This document shows positions 1-9,904 of a stretch of DNA of 27,791 nucleotides, piece after piece; the first letter of the stretch is position 1, and each line of letters begins with the position of its first letter. The stretch lies in the IMG/VR virus record IMGVR_UViG_3300035703_000359, positions 1-27,791 of that record; one strand, 5' to 3'. The notes under the pieces were generated by a model that worked only from the letters and a program-made list of their open reading frames with translations, was not told the DNA's origin and searched no databases. Source of the stretch: a virus. Taxonomy: Duplodnaviria > Caudoviricetes. A program made the translations under genes and the position numbers.

Positions 1-549
1 GTATTCCTGCAAGCTCAAGTGGTGACTGGATACACAAAGGATGAGCTGAGAGAGAAGTCAATGGATGATATATCTCCCTTAATCAATAAGTTCATTGAGC
101 AATGCCAGGGCTACAATGAGAATAAGCTCCAAAAGTACATCAAGATGGGTGGCAAGACTATGGGCTTTCATCCCAATCTAGAAGCTATGAGCTTTGGTGA
201 GTATCTTGACCTCAATGAGCTAGTGAGGTCTGACTTCACTAACAACTTACCTAAGATCATGAGCATCTTGTATAGGCCAGTAGTATCAGAGTTCATGCAT
301 AACTATGAGATTGAGAAGTATGACAGTGCTGTCCACATCAAGAATGCTGACTTATTTAGAGAGGTAGACATGGCCTATGTGAATGGTGCTATGGTTTTTT
401 TTTGTCTGCTCAGGGAAGATTTGCTGAGCAGTTCCCTCAGATTATTAGATCAGCAGATGCTGACACAGATGGAGGAGAGCCTGACTCTGATAGAGGAGGA
501 GCTACACTCTCATCTCAATATGGATGGTGGCATATCATTGAGGAGCTAA
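1..549 (+). CDS. Tail assembly chaperone (gpG-like), 5'-truncated
   Basis: Frame is open from position 1. Motif GFHPNLEAMSFGEYLDL...IMSILYRP resembles a Bacteroidota phage family. Contains the slippery ATG GTT TTT TTT TGT at 391-405. Confidence 0.7.
   Translation, partial: VFLQAQVVTGYTKDELREKSMDDISPLINKFIEQCQGYNENKLQKYIKMGGKTMGFHPNLEAMSFGEYLDLNELVRSDFTNNLPKIMSILYRPVVSEFMHNYEIEKYDSAVHIKNADLFREVDMAYVNGAMVFFCLLREDLLSSSLRLLDQQMLTQMEESLTLIEEELHSHLNMDGGISLRS
393..431 (+). other. Programmed -1 frameshift signal (slippery run plus hairpin)
   Basis: T9 at 395-403, followed by a perfect 8-bp stem CTGCTCAG (406-413) / CTGAGCAG (424-431). Confidence 0.75.
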
Positions 550-665
550 CAGATAGAGACATCACTAAGTTCAATATGATCACTGACCTACCAGCTGCTC
601 AAATCTTCGCACACATCAGCTACATGAAGTCATATAACAATGTCATGCACCCTTTGACCCTTTAA
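402..665 (+). CDS. -1 frameshift extension of the tail chaperone (gpT-like part of gpGT)
   Basis: Lies in the -1 frame and starts at the T9 run with only a TTG start. Encodes YGWWHIIEELTDRDITKFNMITDLP. Confidence 0.7.
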   Translation: MSAQGRFAEQFPQIIRSADADTDGGEPDSDRGGATLSSQYGWWHIIEELTDRDITKFNMITDLPAAQIFAHISYMKSYNNVMHPLTL

Positions 666-675
666 TATACTAAGA
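666..675 (+). promoter_or_regulatory. Candidate late promoter/initiation motif TATACTAAGA
   Basis: Same 10-mer at the same 3-nt spacing before ATG as at 10761-10770. Confidence 0.55.
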
Positions 676-678
676 GAT

Positions 679-2031
679 ATGAGTACAAGTACGACCACAT
701 ACAATGTCATCATAAAAAGATTTGAGGACTTTGCCACTGCTCACCCTTTAATCAATCGTTTCACTTATGGCACGATCCAAGAGGGAGATATAGGCAAGTC
801 ATGTACCTATCCTTGGATGCATGTCGCTCCATCATCTACCAACTATGATGATGGTCAGAGAGGTATGTCCTTTGACATTCTCTTTGCTGACTTAGTCAGA
901 GACAAAGATGATAAGCCCGAAAATGAGAAAGAGATCATCAGTGACTGCTCACAGCTATTTGAGGACTTGCTTGCCACCATTGAAAACAATACATTGTTTG
1001 GTGACAATGCACTATTGCAAAAGCCTATCACTATCACTCCCTTCCTTAACTCGTTCACTAACAACTTGACTGGAGTAGAGGGTACTGTCACCATTGAGCT
1101 TGACTACACTTTTGACTTTTGCTCAGTTCCGGTAGACTTCAACTTGAACATTCCTACCAGTGGAGGGCAAGGTGGTGGAGTGCTGACCTTTGACGATAGC
1201 TTGAACTTATCAGGTACATCAGTCACGCTTGACAATGATGTAGATACACCAGGCAATGACTACTACTATGGTACAGATGCAACTGGTACAAAGGGGTGGT
1301 ATACACTTCCTACCGGAGGAGGTACACCTAGCGGTCCAGCTGGAGGAGATCTAACTGGCACCTATCCTGATCCAACAGTACACCGAGTACATGGAGTAGA
1401 CTTTCAATCAGGCACTCCATCAGATAATGAAGTGTGGATATACAAAGGTAGTGCAGCTAAGTGGCAGCATCAGCATATTCACGCATCAGAGGTAACAAAT
1501 GATAGTCAAGTGACTGGTACCAATGTAGATGATGCACTAGATCATTTGCATACTACCAAAGAGCCAACTATCACAGCTGGTACTACAAGTCAGTACTGGA
1601 GAGGTGATAAGAGCTGGCAGACACTCTATAATACGAGTATTCAAAGTAGCATAATAGGTACGACAATCACAGTGCAGGCATCACCCATCACACGCTATCA
1701 CGCAATAGCAGGGGCGGTGACATCTTCTACAGTGGCATATCAAGTGCCTTTACCAATGGCTTGCACAATTAGTAACTTTCATTTCCGCACATATGGAACG
1801 CAACCTAACAACGGAAGTTTTGTTGCAACTATTCAAAAGAATGGGGTAGATACTGCCATCACAATAACAATAGCAGCAGGATCAGCAGCCAATACATTTC
1901 TTGATACAACCAATAGCGCGACATTTGCAGCTAATGATACTTGGCAATTAAAGGTTATTCAAAATGCAATAACAGGTGCTTCACCAACAGCTAGTTCACT
2001 CGGTACTTATTCATTTAAGATCACTATGTAA
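679..2031 (+). CDS. Tail completion/terminator-like domain fused to a fibre-like stalk and C-terminal beta domain
   Basis: N-terminal ~150 aa (YPWMHV...F.ILFADLV...ITPF...LTGV) looks like a tail-completion protein. It is followed by fibre-type motifs GPAGGDLTGTYPDPTV and KEPTITAGTTSQYWRGDKSWQTL. Confidence 0.55.
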   Translation: MSTSTTTYNVIIKRFEDFATAHPLINRFTYGTIQEGDIGKSCTYPWMHVAPSSTNYDDGQRGMSFDILFADLVRDKDDKPENEKEIISDCSQLFEDLLATIENNTLFGDNALLQKPITITPFLNSFTNNLTGVEGTVTIELDYTFDFCSVPVDFNLNIPTSGGQGGGVLTFDDSLNLSGTSVTLDNDVDTPGNDYYYGTDATGTKGWYTLPTGGGTPSGPAGGDLTGTYPDPTVHRVHGVDFQSGTPSDNEVWIYKGSAAKWQHQHIHASEVTNDSQVTGTNVDDALDHLHTTKEPTITAGTTSQYWRGDKSWQTLYNTSIQSSIIGTTITVQASPITRYHAIAGAVTSSTVAYQVPLPMACTISNFHFRTYGTQPNNGSFVATIQKNGVDTAITITIAAGSAANTFLDTTNSATFAANDTWQLKVIQNAITGASPTASSLGTYSFKITM

Positions 2032-2750
2032 TGGCAAAGAAACTAGTATTTACAACTAACATACCTGGAGCTACTACTGACTATGCAGCAGCTGATGGTA
2101 CATGGAAAACAATACCAGGTGGAGGAGGGGGAGGTAGTGGTACAGTCACATCAGTGGCTACAACTGCACCCATAACTGGAGGCACAATCACTACAAGTGG
2201 TACCATTGGCATCACTCAGGCAACTGGATCTACTGATGGATACTTATCATCCGCTAACTGGAACACATTCAATAACAAGCAAGATGCTATCACACTGACT
2301 ACTACTGGAAGTGGTGGCTCAGCAACTTTAGTGGGTAGCACTCTGAACATTCCTCAATATACTAGCTTGGCTGTTTTACAAGCTGTTTATGGAGGTACTA
2401 CATTATCAACAGGTCAAATAGCTTATGCTGCATTTGAAAATATAGGTGGCGTCCTTACCAATGAAAATACTCGCAGAGTGATTATGCCAGTAGCCTGCAC
2501 AATGAGTAAATTCTACACCGTTTCAGGTAGTACTCAACCTGCAACTGGATCATTGACATTGACAATTAGAAAAAACATAGCAGATACTATTTTAGTTATT
2601 ACTATTGCCGCAGGTAGTATTGCAGGGATTTATTCAAACACATCTAGTATAGTATCATTTGCGGCTGGCGATGCAATGGCTATCAAATTTGTCAATAATG
2701 CAACATCAACAAGTGCATCAATAATATCAGTATCATCACTTTTATCTTAA
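2031..2750 (+). CDS. Tail fibre/appendage-like protein
   Basis: G/T/S-rich, with GSGTVTSV and GYLSSANWNTFNNKQ fibre motifs. C-terminal domain is paralogous to that of 679..2031. Confidence 0.55.
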   Translation: MAKKLVFTTNIPGATTDYAAADGTWKTIPGGGGGGSGTVTSVATTAPITGGTITTSGTIGITQATGSTDGYLSSANWNTFNNKQDAITLTTTGSGGSATLVGSTLNIPQYTSLAVLQAVYGGTTLSTGQIAYAAFENIGGVLTNENTRRVIMPVACTMSKFYTVSGSTQPATGSLTLTIRKNIADTILVITIAAGSIAGIYSNTSSIVSFAAGDAMAIKFVNNATSTSASIISVSSLLS

Positions 2751-2754
2751 TGAA

Positions 2755-2958
2755 ATGAATTATACACTTACTCAAAAGGATGGCGGTATCAATGAGCTGA
2801 CCATACCAACAGATGGACAATGGGGAACTATCTGCTTTGCATGGGAGGACTCTAACACTGAGTTCACCACAGCACTGGCAGCCAAAGGTATAGATGCCTT
2901 TATAGCTTTACTCATTGCAGATCCTAACACTGCCTATACAATTTTCTGTGGAGCTTAA
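2755..2958 (+). CDS. Small hypothetical protein, possibly a fibre chaperone
   Basis: 67-aa ORF filling the gap directly after the fibre-like genes. Confidence 0.5.
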   Translation: MNYTLTQKDGGINELTIPTDGQWGTICFAWEDSNTEFTTALAAKGIDAFIALLIADPNTAYTIFCGA

Positions 2959-3547
2959 CAATCTCAAAGCACTGCTGCAAGAGTTCGTCACTGAGGTAGT
3001 ACAAGAAGCTCAGAGGAATATTGGTGCCACTCAAAAGGTATCAAAGTTCAAGGTGAGCAAGACTATCTCAAAGAACTTCGTAGCTAGTGGTAAGCTCAGG
3101 GATGGACTAAGGGGGAAAGTCAATAAGGACATGACTCTCTCATTCTTTGTGGTGGGTGCAGCTAAGCAGTACGCAATGGCAATAGAGCATGGACAGAAAG
3201 GAACTAAGGGAATGCCCACTGATGATCCATACTACATGCCATCCAAGAATGCGACAACTGCCAAGATGCCTCCCTCAAAAATGATATTCAAGTGGATGGA
3301 GAGAAAGAATATAAAGTTCCGGGATGAGAATGGTAAGTTCATCAGCAAGCCATCAAAGAGCAAGAGAGAGGGCATAGCATACGCAATAGCAAAAGCAATA
3401 CAAGAGAGAGGTAGAGTAGGCTTGCACTACTTTGAATATGCCTACTTAGATACACTCAAGGCAATGGGTCCTGATATACTTAATAGTGTAGGAAAGGACA
3501 TTGAAGTAGAGCTACTCAATACTTTCAGACTAGTTAAAAAAGCATAA
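2948..3547 (+). CDS. Basic neck/tail component (HK97 gp10-like / virion morphogenesis family)
   Basis: ASGKLR...YAMAIEHG...PP...WM.RKNI...IAYAIAKAIQERG pattern. Likely GTG start at 2948; the ORF track starts at 2915. Confidence 0.55.
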   Translation: MELNNLKALLQEFVTEVVQEAQRNIGATQKVSKFKVSKTISKNFVASGKLRDGLRGKVNKDMTLSFFVVGAAKQYAMAIEHGQKGTKGMPTDDPYYMPSKNATTAKMPPSKMIFKWMERKNIKFRDENGKFISKPSKSKREGIAYAIAKAIQERGRVGLHYFEYAYLDTLKAMGPDILNSVGKDIEVELLNTFRLVKKA

Positions 3548-3550
3548 GCA

Positions 3551-4942
3551 ATGGCACTAACATTACAAAGGACATCACAGACACTTATCACCTATGACAA
3601 TGTCAGCAAGGGTGGTATTGATAATGTGGTCACAGCACTCAGCACTGAATATACTCAACCTGGTTTTAGGTATGTTGTCACTATATCTGTGCAAGATTTT
3701 TATAGCAATTTCGTAGACACTTATTTATATGTCCATCCCAATCCATTTGGTAGGGGCATCATCAATCTTAGACCTCATCTTATCAATGCTTTGTACTACA
3801 GAGCGATAATAGATACGACATTGACTTTACCATACATTCACAATACAAAAGCGAATAGTCCATCTGCATCTTTAATCAGCGCAACAGGCAATATGAATAC
3901 TGCAGTGACTATTCGAGTATTTGAAGGGTGGGAAGTAGCTGGAGTATTCACACAAGATCCCGATGGTATTGGTCCCCAATATATAGAGCTCATGGCATTT
4001 TGGGGATGGGATAATGCTTTCTCATTCAATCAGAATAATAGCGCAAGCTCACCTGGACCAGGTTTCAATGACCTGACATCTAGTACTTACTATAAGAGAC
4101 TAGCATCAAAGGTGCCTCCCTCATTCAGATCAGGAGTGACATTTGTACCTACTCTGCCCTATAACATGGGTAGCTTTTGTATCAATTCAGATGATGGTAC
4201 ATTTAGCTCTGAGCAAGATGCCAATAATAAATATATTGAGCTAAATTTCTACACAAGCTCAGGCACATTGATAACCACAGACACTACATCATTCACAATC
4301 AAAGTAGAGCCTGGTGCTGTGGCACTCGTTCCGGCATTCGCTGGAAATATAACATACTTGAGAAGTGGTGGCATACCAGCTAATACTGCATTCTATACAT
4401 TGCAAATTAAGGATATTGTGACTAATGCAATATGCAGTACCAAGTGGCTATTTGTGATTGAAGATATAGACTGTGATCACAATCCAATAGAACTTGGATG
4501 GATAGGAAAGAAAGGAGGATGGAACTACTACAACTTCATCAAGACTAATCAGAACAGCATAGACATTCAAAGGACTGAATACAAAAAGCCCTTTGGAAAC
4601 TATGGTAGACTGGGTGATGGTTTAGAGACTCCAGGCATGCTGACTACAGACTGGTCAGACAATAGGCAATATGTGAGCAGAGAAAACATGGTCACTAAGT
4701 ATTTGACAGTGACAAGTGACTGGATCACAGAGGAGGAGTTCGTATATCTTGAAAGCTTAATGGTATCAGAGGTAGTGCATTGGGTGAACTATGATGGCAG
4801 AGGTGACTACATCCCAATGATAGTGACTGATAATAGTTACATAATGAGAAGGGAACGCAATAGCACTAAGTACAATCTGACACTTAAGCTCAAGTATGCA
4901 CAAGACTATCAAGCAATAAACTACAATACAAGCTATGAATGA
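3551..4942 (+). CDS. Tail structural protein (distal tail-like)
   Basis: C-terminal W...GGWNYYNF...SDWITEEE...L..S..V pattern; position in the tail block. Confidence 0.55.
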   Translation: MALTLQRTSQTLITYDNVSKGGIDNVVTALSTEYTQPGFRYVVTISVQDFYSNFVDTYLYVHPNPFGRGIINLRPHLINALYYRAIIDTTLTLPYIHNTKANSPSASLISATGNMNTAVTIRVFEGWEVAGVFTQDPDGIGPQYIELMAFWGWDNAFSFNQNNSASSPGPGFNDLTSSTYYKRLASKVPPSFRSGVTFVPTLPYNMGSFCINSDDGTFSSEQDANNKYIELNFYTSSGTLITTDTTSFTIKVEPGAVALVPAFAGNITYLRSGGIPANTAFYTLQIKDIVTNAICSTKWLFVIEDIDCDHNPIELGWIGKKGGWNYYNFIKTNQNSIDIQRTEYKKPFGNYGRLGDGLETPGMLTTDWSDNRQYVSRENMVTKYLTVTSDWITEEEFVYLESLMVSEVVHWVNYDGRGDYIPMIVTDNSYIMRRERNSTKYNLTLKLKYAQDYQAINYNTSYE

Positions 4943-7900
4943 TGTGATACTCACTGTCTATGATCAGCAGAACAATGGCTTTATAGTCGATCTGTATGGT
5001 CAGGACACAATCTCTATGAACTTCAACTTCAATAGCATCACTACGCTAGAGGCTGGTGATGTCTATAGTCAAGAGTTCAGGATACCAGCTACTCAAAACA
5101 ACTGTAATCTATTCGGCTTGCAGAGTGACTTCAATATAGTAGGATCAAATGATATACGCAGAAAGTTCAAAGCAGTTCTGACTGTCGATACTATACCAGT
5201 GTCGGAAGGTTTTGTCCAGTTCAAAAAGTCATTTATCAAGAATGGTAAGATGGCTGATTTTTCAATAGTCTTTTATGGTGATGCGGTAGACTTAGGTACT
5301 AACTTGAAAGACCTAGACTTTTCTGATCTAGTATATTCAGATGCTGAGCATCAGATGTCCTATGACAATGTATGGTTAGTCAATGATGGTGGTACGGTTG
5401 GAGGCAATGACTACAGTGATCATAAGCTGATGTGGACCTTAATAGACAGAGGTCAGCAATTTATCACATTCCCATCCAACTATGCAGGCACATTTGTCAA
5501 TGCCGACTATACAAGTGTGAGCAATTCAAATAGGATAGATGTCACTGACCTCACTCCATGTCTTAAAGGAACTTATCTCATTGACAGAATCAATAACTTT
5601 TTAGCTGGCAATAATAATAGAAAGATAGAGTTAAGCACAGATGTACAAGCTGAGCTAGACAAGATGTGCATGCCATTTATTGGTAAGGATGGCACTCTAA
5701 AATATAAAGACAATGCTGCAGCTATTGAGTGGAAAGGAACTAACTATACTGATGATACTTTGTCTTTTGCAGTACTTAGTGGCAATCTATACACAGCCAT
5801 CACTGGAATAGCTTTCAATGATGTCATAGATATAGGCAGCAACTTTGATACACTCAATAACCGTTATGTCATACCGGATGATGGGTACTACCAGTTCAAG
5901 ATCACTGGCACTATCAGGGGTGATGTAGGTGGTATACCTACTAGTCCTGCCTTTCCAGTAGTTCCGGGTTTCTTAGTGAATGGTACAGACTTTTACTCAG
6001 CATTCAACTCAATATTAGGAGGTGGTGTATATCCTCAATTTGAATCTCCCTTTCTTGATGTAGATATAGCAAGCTACACAGCACAAGCTCCAGTCATTAC
6101 AAGCAATGAGATAGTAGTGCCAGTGTTCATCAATAATGCTGCAGTGAATGAGGACACTGCTGTATTCTTTAACGCTGGGGACTATGTAGAGGTAGCATTC
6201 GCATCTGTTGGTGATCCAACAGCAGGAGGGACAATAGACATTATTGCTAAAGTCAATAATTGGACATTGCAGAAGTACAATCTAACTCTATCAAATGCTA
6301 TCAGCTTATCTGATATGGCACCCGAAAACTATCAGCTACTTGATTTCCTACGCGACATCATGAAGCTTACCAATGCAGTAGCCATACCTAACTATAGCAA
6401 CTATAAAGTGATTGACATCATGACAATGAATGAGTACTTGGCTGGGGGTGGTACAATAGACTGGACTACTAAGATAGATGAGATGGGTGAAATGACAATA
6501 GTACCCTCATCAGACTATCAGACAAGACAGCAGAACTTCACATTTAGCGAGGGTGCAGATGTAGCAAGTCAGGCCTATAAGTCAGTCGGCAGAGTATTTG
6601 GATCACTGAACTTGTATGATACTGCTAGTGATTTCACAGTGGGAGAAAATAAAGTAGAAGTAATAGCAAGCACTACTCCTAATCAGATGTTCCCCAACGC
6701 AAGTAACATAGATTTTTACTTTCCCAAATTCGTAGATGATGAGTACAAGTGGGTATATCCCGATGCTAGATTATTCTACTTTTCTTTTGATCCTTTAGAC
6801 ACTTTGGGACTCAGGCCTATTGGTGGAAGTATCAGTGCTTATGATAGCTTATTGTATGTCCCTTTTATAGGTCACTATGATCATGTCTATGTAGACCTAT
6901 CAACAAATGACTTGAACTTCGCACAAGAGATACCTCTGCATCCTATCACATCAGCTCCGGTAAATACTATGTATTTCAAGTATTACAACAACTACTTACA
7001 AGAGCTGTATAGTCAAGAGAGCAAAGTATTGACTGCTCAGTTCAATCTTGATGTGACAGACATCTTGAACTTGAACTTCAATGACAGTGTATTCTTATTC
7101 AACAGCTACTGGCGAGTATTGTCAGTGGATGGGTACAATATGGGGATGAATCAAAGTACCTCTGTGACATTGATCAAGAAATTGAGTGGGGTAGACTTAC
7201 CGAATCTATGCGTAGATACTGCCATAGCTATCGAGAAAGATGGCTCAGTGCAGTGGCTCAATGGAGGTAGTCAAGTATGCTGTGAGCAGATAGGATACTA
7301 TTGGGATAGTACACTCAATATGTGCTATAAAAGTCAGAATCAGGGAGGCATCAAAGATCCTATTATCTCTCCCACTTTAGGTGTGACCTCTAGCTTTCTC
7401 AATCAGTTCACAAATGTTGGTGGAAAGAAAGATCCATCAGCTACCGGAACTATCGTAATTGGTAAAAGCTTGACTGTGACTGGAGCTGCAAAGAATAGCA
7501 TAGTAGGGGGAGAGGACTTGCTTGTACAGAATAAGGGAGTGTGGTATGGTGGAGGTAGTGATGGAGTGCTAGTCAATAGATCAGCAAGTGGTCAAATGGT
7601 ATGGCATGCTAAAGATGTATTCACATCAGCAGCTATGACTACTGTAGTAGGCTCATTCTTGACTTTAGAGAATGCTATCTACACTGCAGAGGTAGTACTT
7701 ACTTGTACTACTTTGACAAGTGTACCAGGATCAGGACTAGAGCCAACAGAATACTACAGTATTCGTACATATAGCTTTGCGTACAATAAAGGAGGCATAG
7801 CAGCAGGAGACAATCCGCACAATGTTATCATAGATATAGATACCAATTTGGGAACTTTTGAGCTAGGATGGAATACCAACGCTGTGAACAATGCAATACT

Positions 7901-7997
7901 TGACCTAGAAGTCAAGAACACTGGAGCTCCGTCTTATCCCACTCCTCAAATTTACATGACAGCACAAGTGATACTCACGCAAATAGGCACAGAATGA
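4935..7997 (+). CDS. Large tail hub/tip protein (1020 aa)
   Basis: N-terminal YSQEFRIPATQNN motif; internal C1q/TNF-like segment (FDTLNNRYVIPDDGYYQF); IDWTTKID; beta-rich C-terminus. Confidence 0.6.
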   Translation: MNDVILTVYDQQNNGFIVDLYGQDTISMNFNFNSITTLEAGDVYSQEFRIPATQNNCNLFGLQSDFNIVGSNDIRRKFKAVLTVDTIPVSEGFVQFKKSFIKNGKMADFSIVFYGDAVDLGTNLKDLDFSDLVYSDAEHQMSYDNVWLVNDGGTVGGNDYSDHKLMWTLIDRGQQFITFPSNYAGTFVNADYTSVSNSNRIDVTDLTPCLKGTYLIDRINNFLAGNNNRKIELSTDVQAELDKMCMPFIGKDGTLKYKDNAAAIEWKGTNYTDDTLSFAVLSGNLYTAITGIAFNDVIDIGSNFDTLNNRYVIPDDGYYQFKITGTIRGDVGGIPTSPAFPVVPGFLVNGTDFYSAFNSILGGGVYPQFESPFLDVDIASYTAQAPVITSNEIVVPVFINNAAVNEDTAVFFNAGDYVEVAFASVGDPTAGGTIDIIAKVNNWTLQKYNLTLSNAISLSDMAPENYQLLDFLRDIMKLTNAVAIPNYSNYKVIDIMTMNEYLAGGGTIDWTTKIDEMGEMTIVPSSDYQTRQQNFTFSEGADVASQAYKSVGRVFGSLNLYDTASDFTVGENKVEVIASTTPNQMFPNASNIDFYFPKFVDDEYKWVYPDARLFYFSFDPLDTLGLRPIGGSISAYDSLLYVPFIGHYDHVYVDLSTNDLNFAQEIPLHPITSAPVNTMYFKYYNNYLQELYSQESKVLTAQFNLDVTDILNLNFNDSVFLFNSYWRVLSVDGYNMGMNQSTSVTLIKKLSGVDLPNLCVDTAIAIEKDGSVQWLNGGSQVCCEQIGYYWDSTLNMCYKSQNQGGIKDPIISPTLGVTSSFLNQFTNVGGKKDPSATGTIVIGKSLTVTGAAKNSIVGGEDLLVQNKGVWYGGGSDGVLVNRSASGQMVWHAKDVFTSAAMTTVVGSFLTLENAIYTAEVVLTCTTLTSVPGSGLEPTEYYSIRTYSFAYNKGGIAAGDNPHNVIIDIDTNLGTFELGWNTNAVNNAILDLEVKNTGAPSYPTPQIYMTAQVILTQIGTE

Positions 7998-8206
7998 CAA
8001 TAGACAAGATAGATCCTGCACAAATAGCAGAGGCACTAGCACTACTACAACAGAAACTACCAACGGAGTCTGAGGTGGGTGCTATCGCGAAAGGTAAGTA
8101 CAAGAATAAGATGAGCAAGTACATCACTAAGCTCATCAATTACTCAATAGTGTTTATACTAATAGGTACAATAGTAAGCGGAGCAATATGGCTGATGAGA
8201 TATTAA
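7994..8206 (+). CDS. Small membrane protein preceding the tape measure
   Basis: ATGA overlap with the upstream gene; C-terminal hydrophobic helix YSIVFILIGTIVSGAIWLM. Confidence 0.5.
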   Translation: MTIDKIDPAQIAEALALLQQKLPTESEVGAIAKGKYKNKMSKYITKLINYSIVFILIGTIVSGAIWLMRY

Positions 8207-9900
8207 GTGGCCTTAGAGGCATAAAGACAGAGTTAAGGGCGGTACAAGATCAGATGGCTGGTCTAGATGCTGGCTCTCAAGAGTTCGTGAAACTGTCTCA
8301 GAAAGCTGGAGAGCTGAGGGATAGGATGAGAGATGTGCAAGAGGCAGTCAATGCCAATGCTGGTCCAGCTATAGCAAGCTTTGGAAATAACCTGAGCATA
8401 GCTAGAGGTCAAATCATGGATCTAGATCTAGAGGGATTTGGCGAATCTATGACACGCATGGCATCCAATGTTAAGTCTGTAGATTTCAAATCATTCAAAG
8501 ATGGTTTGAAAAGTATGACTGATGGATTTGGTAATCTAGCAAAAGCATTGCTCAGCAATCCTATTTTTTTGATAGCTGGTGCTATAGCTCTTATTGCCAT
8601 GAATATGGATAAGGTCTTCAAAATTTTCCCATCATTTGAAAAAGGACTTAAAGGTATAGGAGAACAGGAGAGAGAAATAGCAAAAGCAGTAGAGGCAAGA
8701 GCGCAAGCAAGTAAAAAAGCCTACGAACAAAGTAGTCTTGAGATCAATCAAATGAAGCTTGCTGGAAAAAGTGAAAGAGAGATAGTAGAATTTAGAATGG
8801 CTAGACTTAAAACATCTATAGCAGATGCTAAGGTACAGCTAGAGACATCAGTCATTCAGGCCAAGATGCAGATTGAAACTGCTAAAAGGAATCGTGAAAT
8901 CCTGGATGGTATTATTCAATGGATTACTTCCCCATTGCAAGTATTATTGGGAACGATTGATCTGATTGGTAAAGCAGTAGGAAAGGATTTTGGATTACGA
9001 GAAGGAATGAATGACTTGATTGGTGATTTAATGATAGACCCAGTTCAAATAGAGACAGATTTGAATAATTCAATAATAGCTCAACAAGATGCTTTGAAGC
9101 AAATGGAGAGCGATTATGTGGGTTTTCAGCTTAATATAAAAGAAATAGATAAGAAAGCAGCTGACACTAAAAAGCAAAATGAAAACGAAGAAAGAGCAAA
9201 AAGTCAGCACGATGATTTGGAGTCTATAAAAAGCAGAGACATTACTAGAATAGAGTCAGCAAATCTGCAGAAAGAGTTAAAGACTGCTATCACAAATCAT
9301 ATTTTAAGCGAGGAAGAAAGACAAACAATAGCAGAAAGAAAAGCAGCAAATGAAAGAAAAGAGATTTGGGCTGCTGCCTGGTATGCTAAGTATGAGCTAG
9401 CATCTGCTACAACTGATGCCATGATGAACTTGAATAATGCACTCACAGAAAGTGGATTGATAAGTGCAGAGAAAGGTTTCAAGATAGGCAAAGGTCTATC
9501 CATTGCTCAGACTACAATCGCAACTATTCAAGGGGTACAGAATGCATTAAGCGCAATGAGTACAATACCTGAGCCTTTTGGTACAGCTCTCAAGATAGCG
9601 AATGCTGTCAGCATTGGAGCTGCAGGAGCAGTAAATATAGCCAAGATAGCCAAGACACAATTCAATTCACCCAATGCAGGAGTGACACCTACAGCTCCCT
9701 CAGGAGGGGGTGGCGGTGGTGGTGGAGGAGCTATGTCTGCACCTTCGGCTCAATCACCCAGTGCTTTGAATCTTTCTTTCTTACAAGGCAATGTCAATAC
9801 TGCACCCTTACAGACTTATGTACTCGCTGGTCAAGTGAGCAATGCACAGCAAGCGGAATTTAAAATAAAGAATACTGCATCTATACTAGGAGGAGGTTAA
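8188..9900 (+). CDS. Tape measure protein
   Basis: Long Ala/Glu/Lys helical coiled coil; hydrophobic NPIFLIAGAIALIA segment; AGAVNIAKIAKT followed by Gly-rich and TYVLAGQVSNAQ C-terminus. Confidence 0.8.
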   Translation: MADEILSGLRGIKTELRAVQDQMAGLDAGSQEFVKLSQKAGELRDRMRDVQEAVNANAGPAIASFGNNLSIARGQIMDLDLEGFGESMTRMASNVKSVDFKSFKDGLKSMTDGFGNLAKALLSNPIFLIAGAIALIAMNMDKVFKIFPSFEKGLKGIGEQEREIAKAVEARAQASKKAYEQSSLEINQMKLAGKSEREIVEFRMARLKTSIADAKVQLETSVIQAKMQIETAKRNREILDGIIQWITSPLQVLLGTIDLIGKAVGKDFGLREGMNDLIGDLMIDPVQIETDLNNSIIAQQDALKQMESDYVGFQLNIKEIDKKAADTKKQNENEERAKSQHDDLESIKSRDITRIESANLQKELKTAITNHILSEEERQTIAERKAANERKEIWAAAWYAKYELASATTDAMMNLNNALTESGLISAEKGFKIGKGLSIAQTTIATIQGVQNALSAMSTIPEPFGTALKIANAVSIGAAGAVNIAKIAKTQFNSPNAGVTPTAPSGGGGGGGGGAMSAPSAQSPSALNLSFLQGNVNTAPLQTYVLAGQVSNAQQAEFKIKNTASILGGG

Positions 9901-9904
9901 TACT

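Noticed and set aside
406-437. H-type pseudoknot after the chaperone slippery site
   Set aside because: The second stem would need zero-length loops 1 and 3; treated as an alternative hairpin.
1741-2747. Possible DGR template/variable repeat pair
   Set aside because: Similarity is mainly at protein level, differences are not adenine-specific, and no reverse transcriptase is present.
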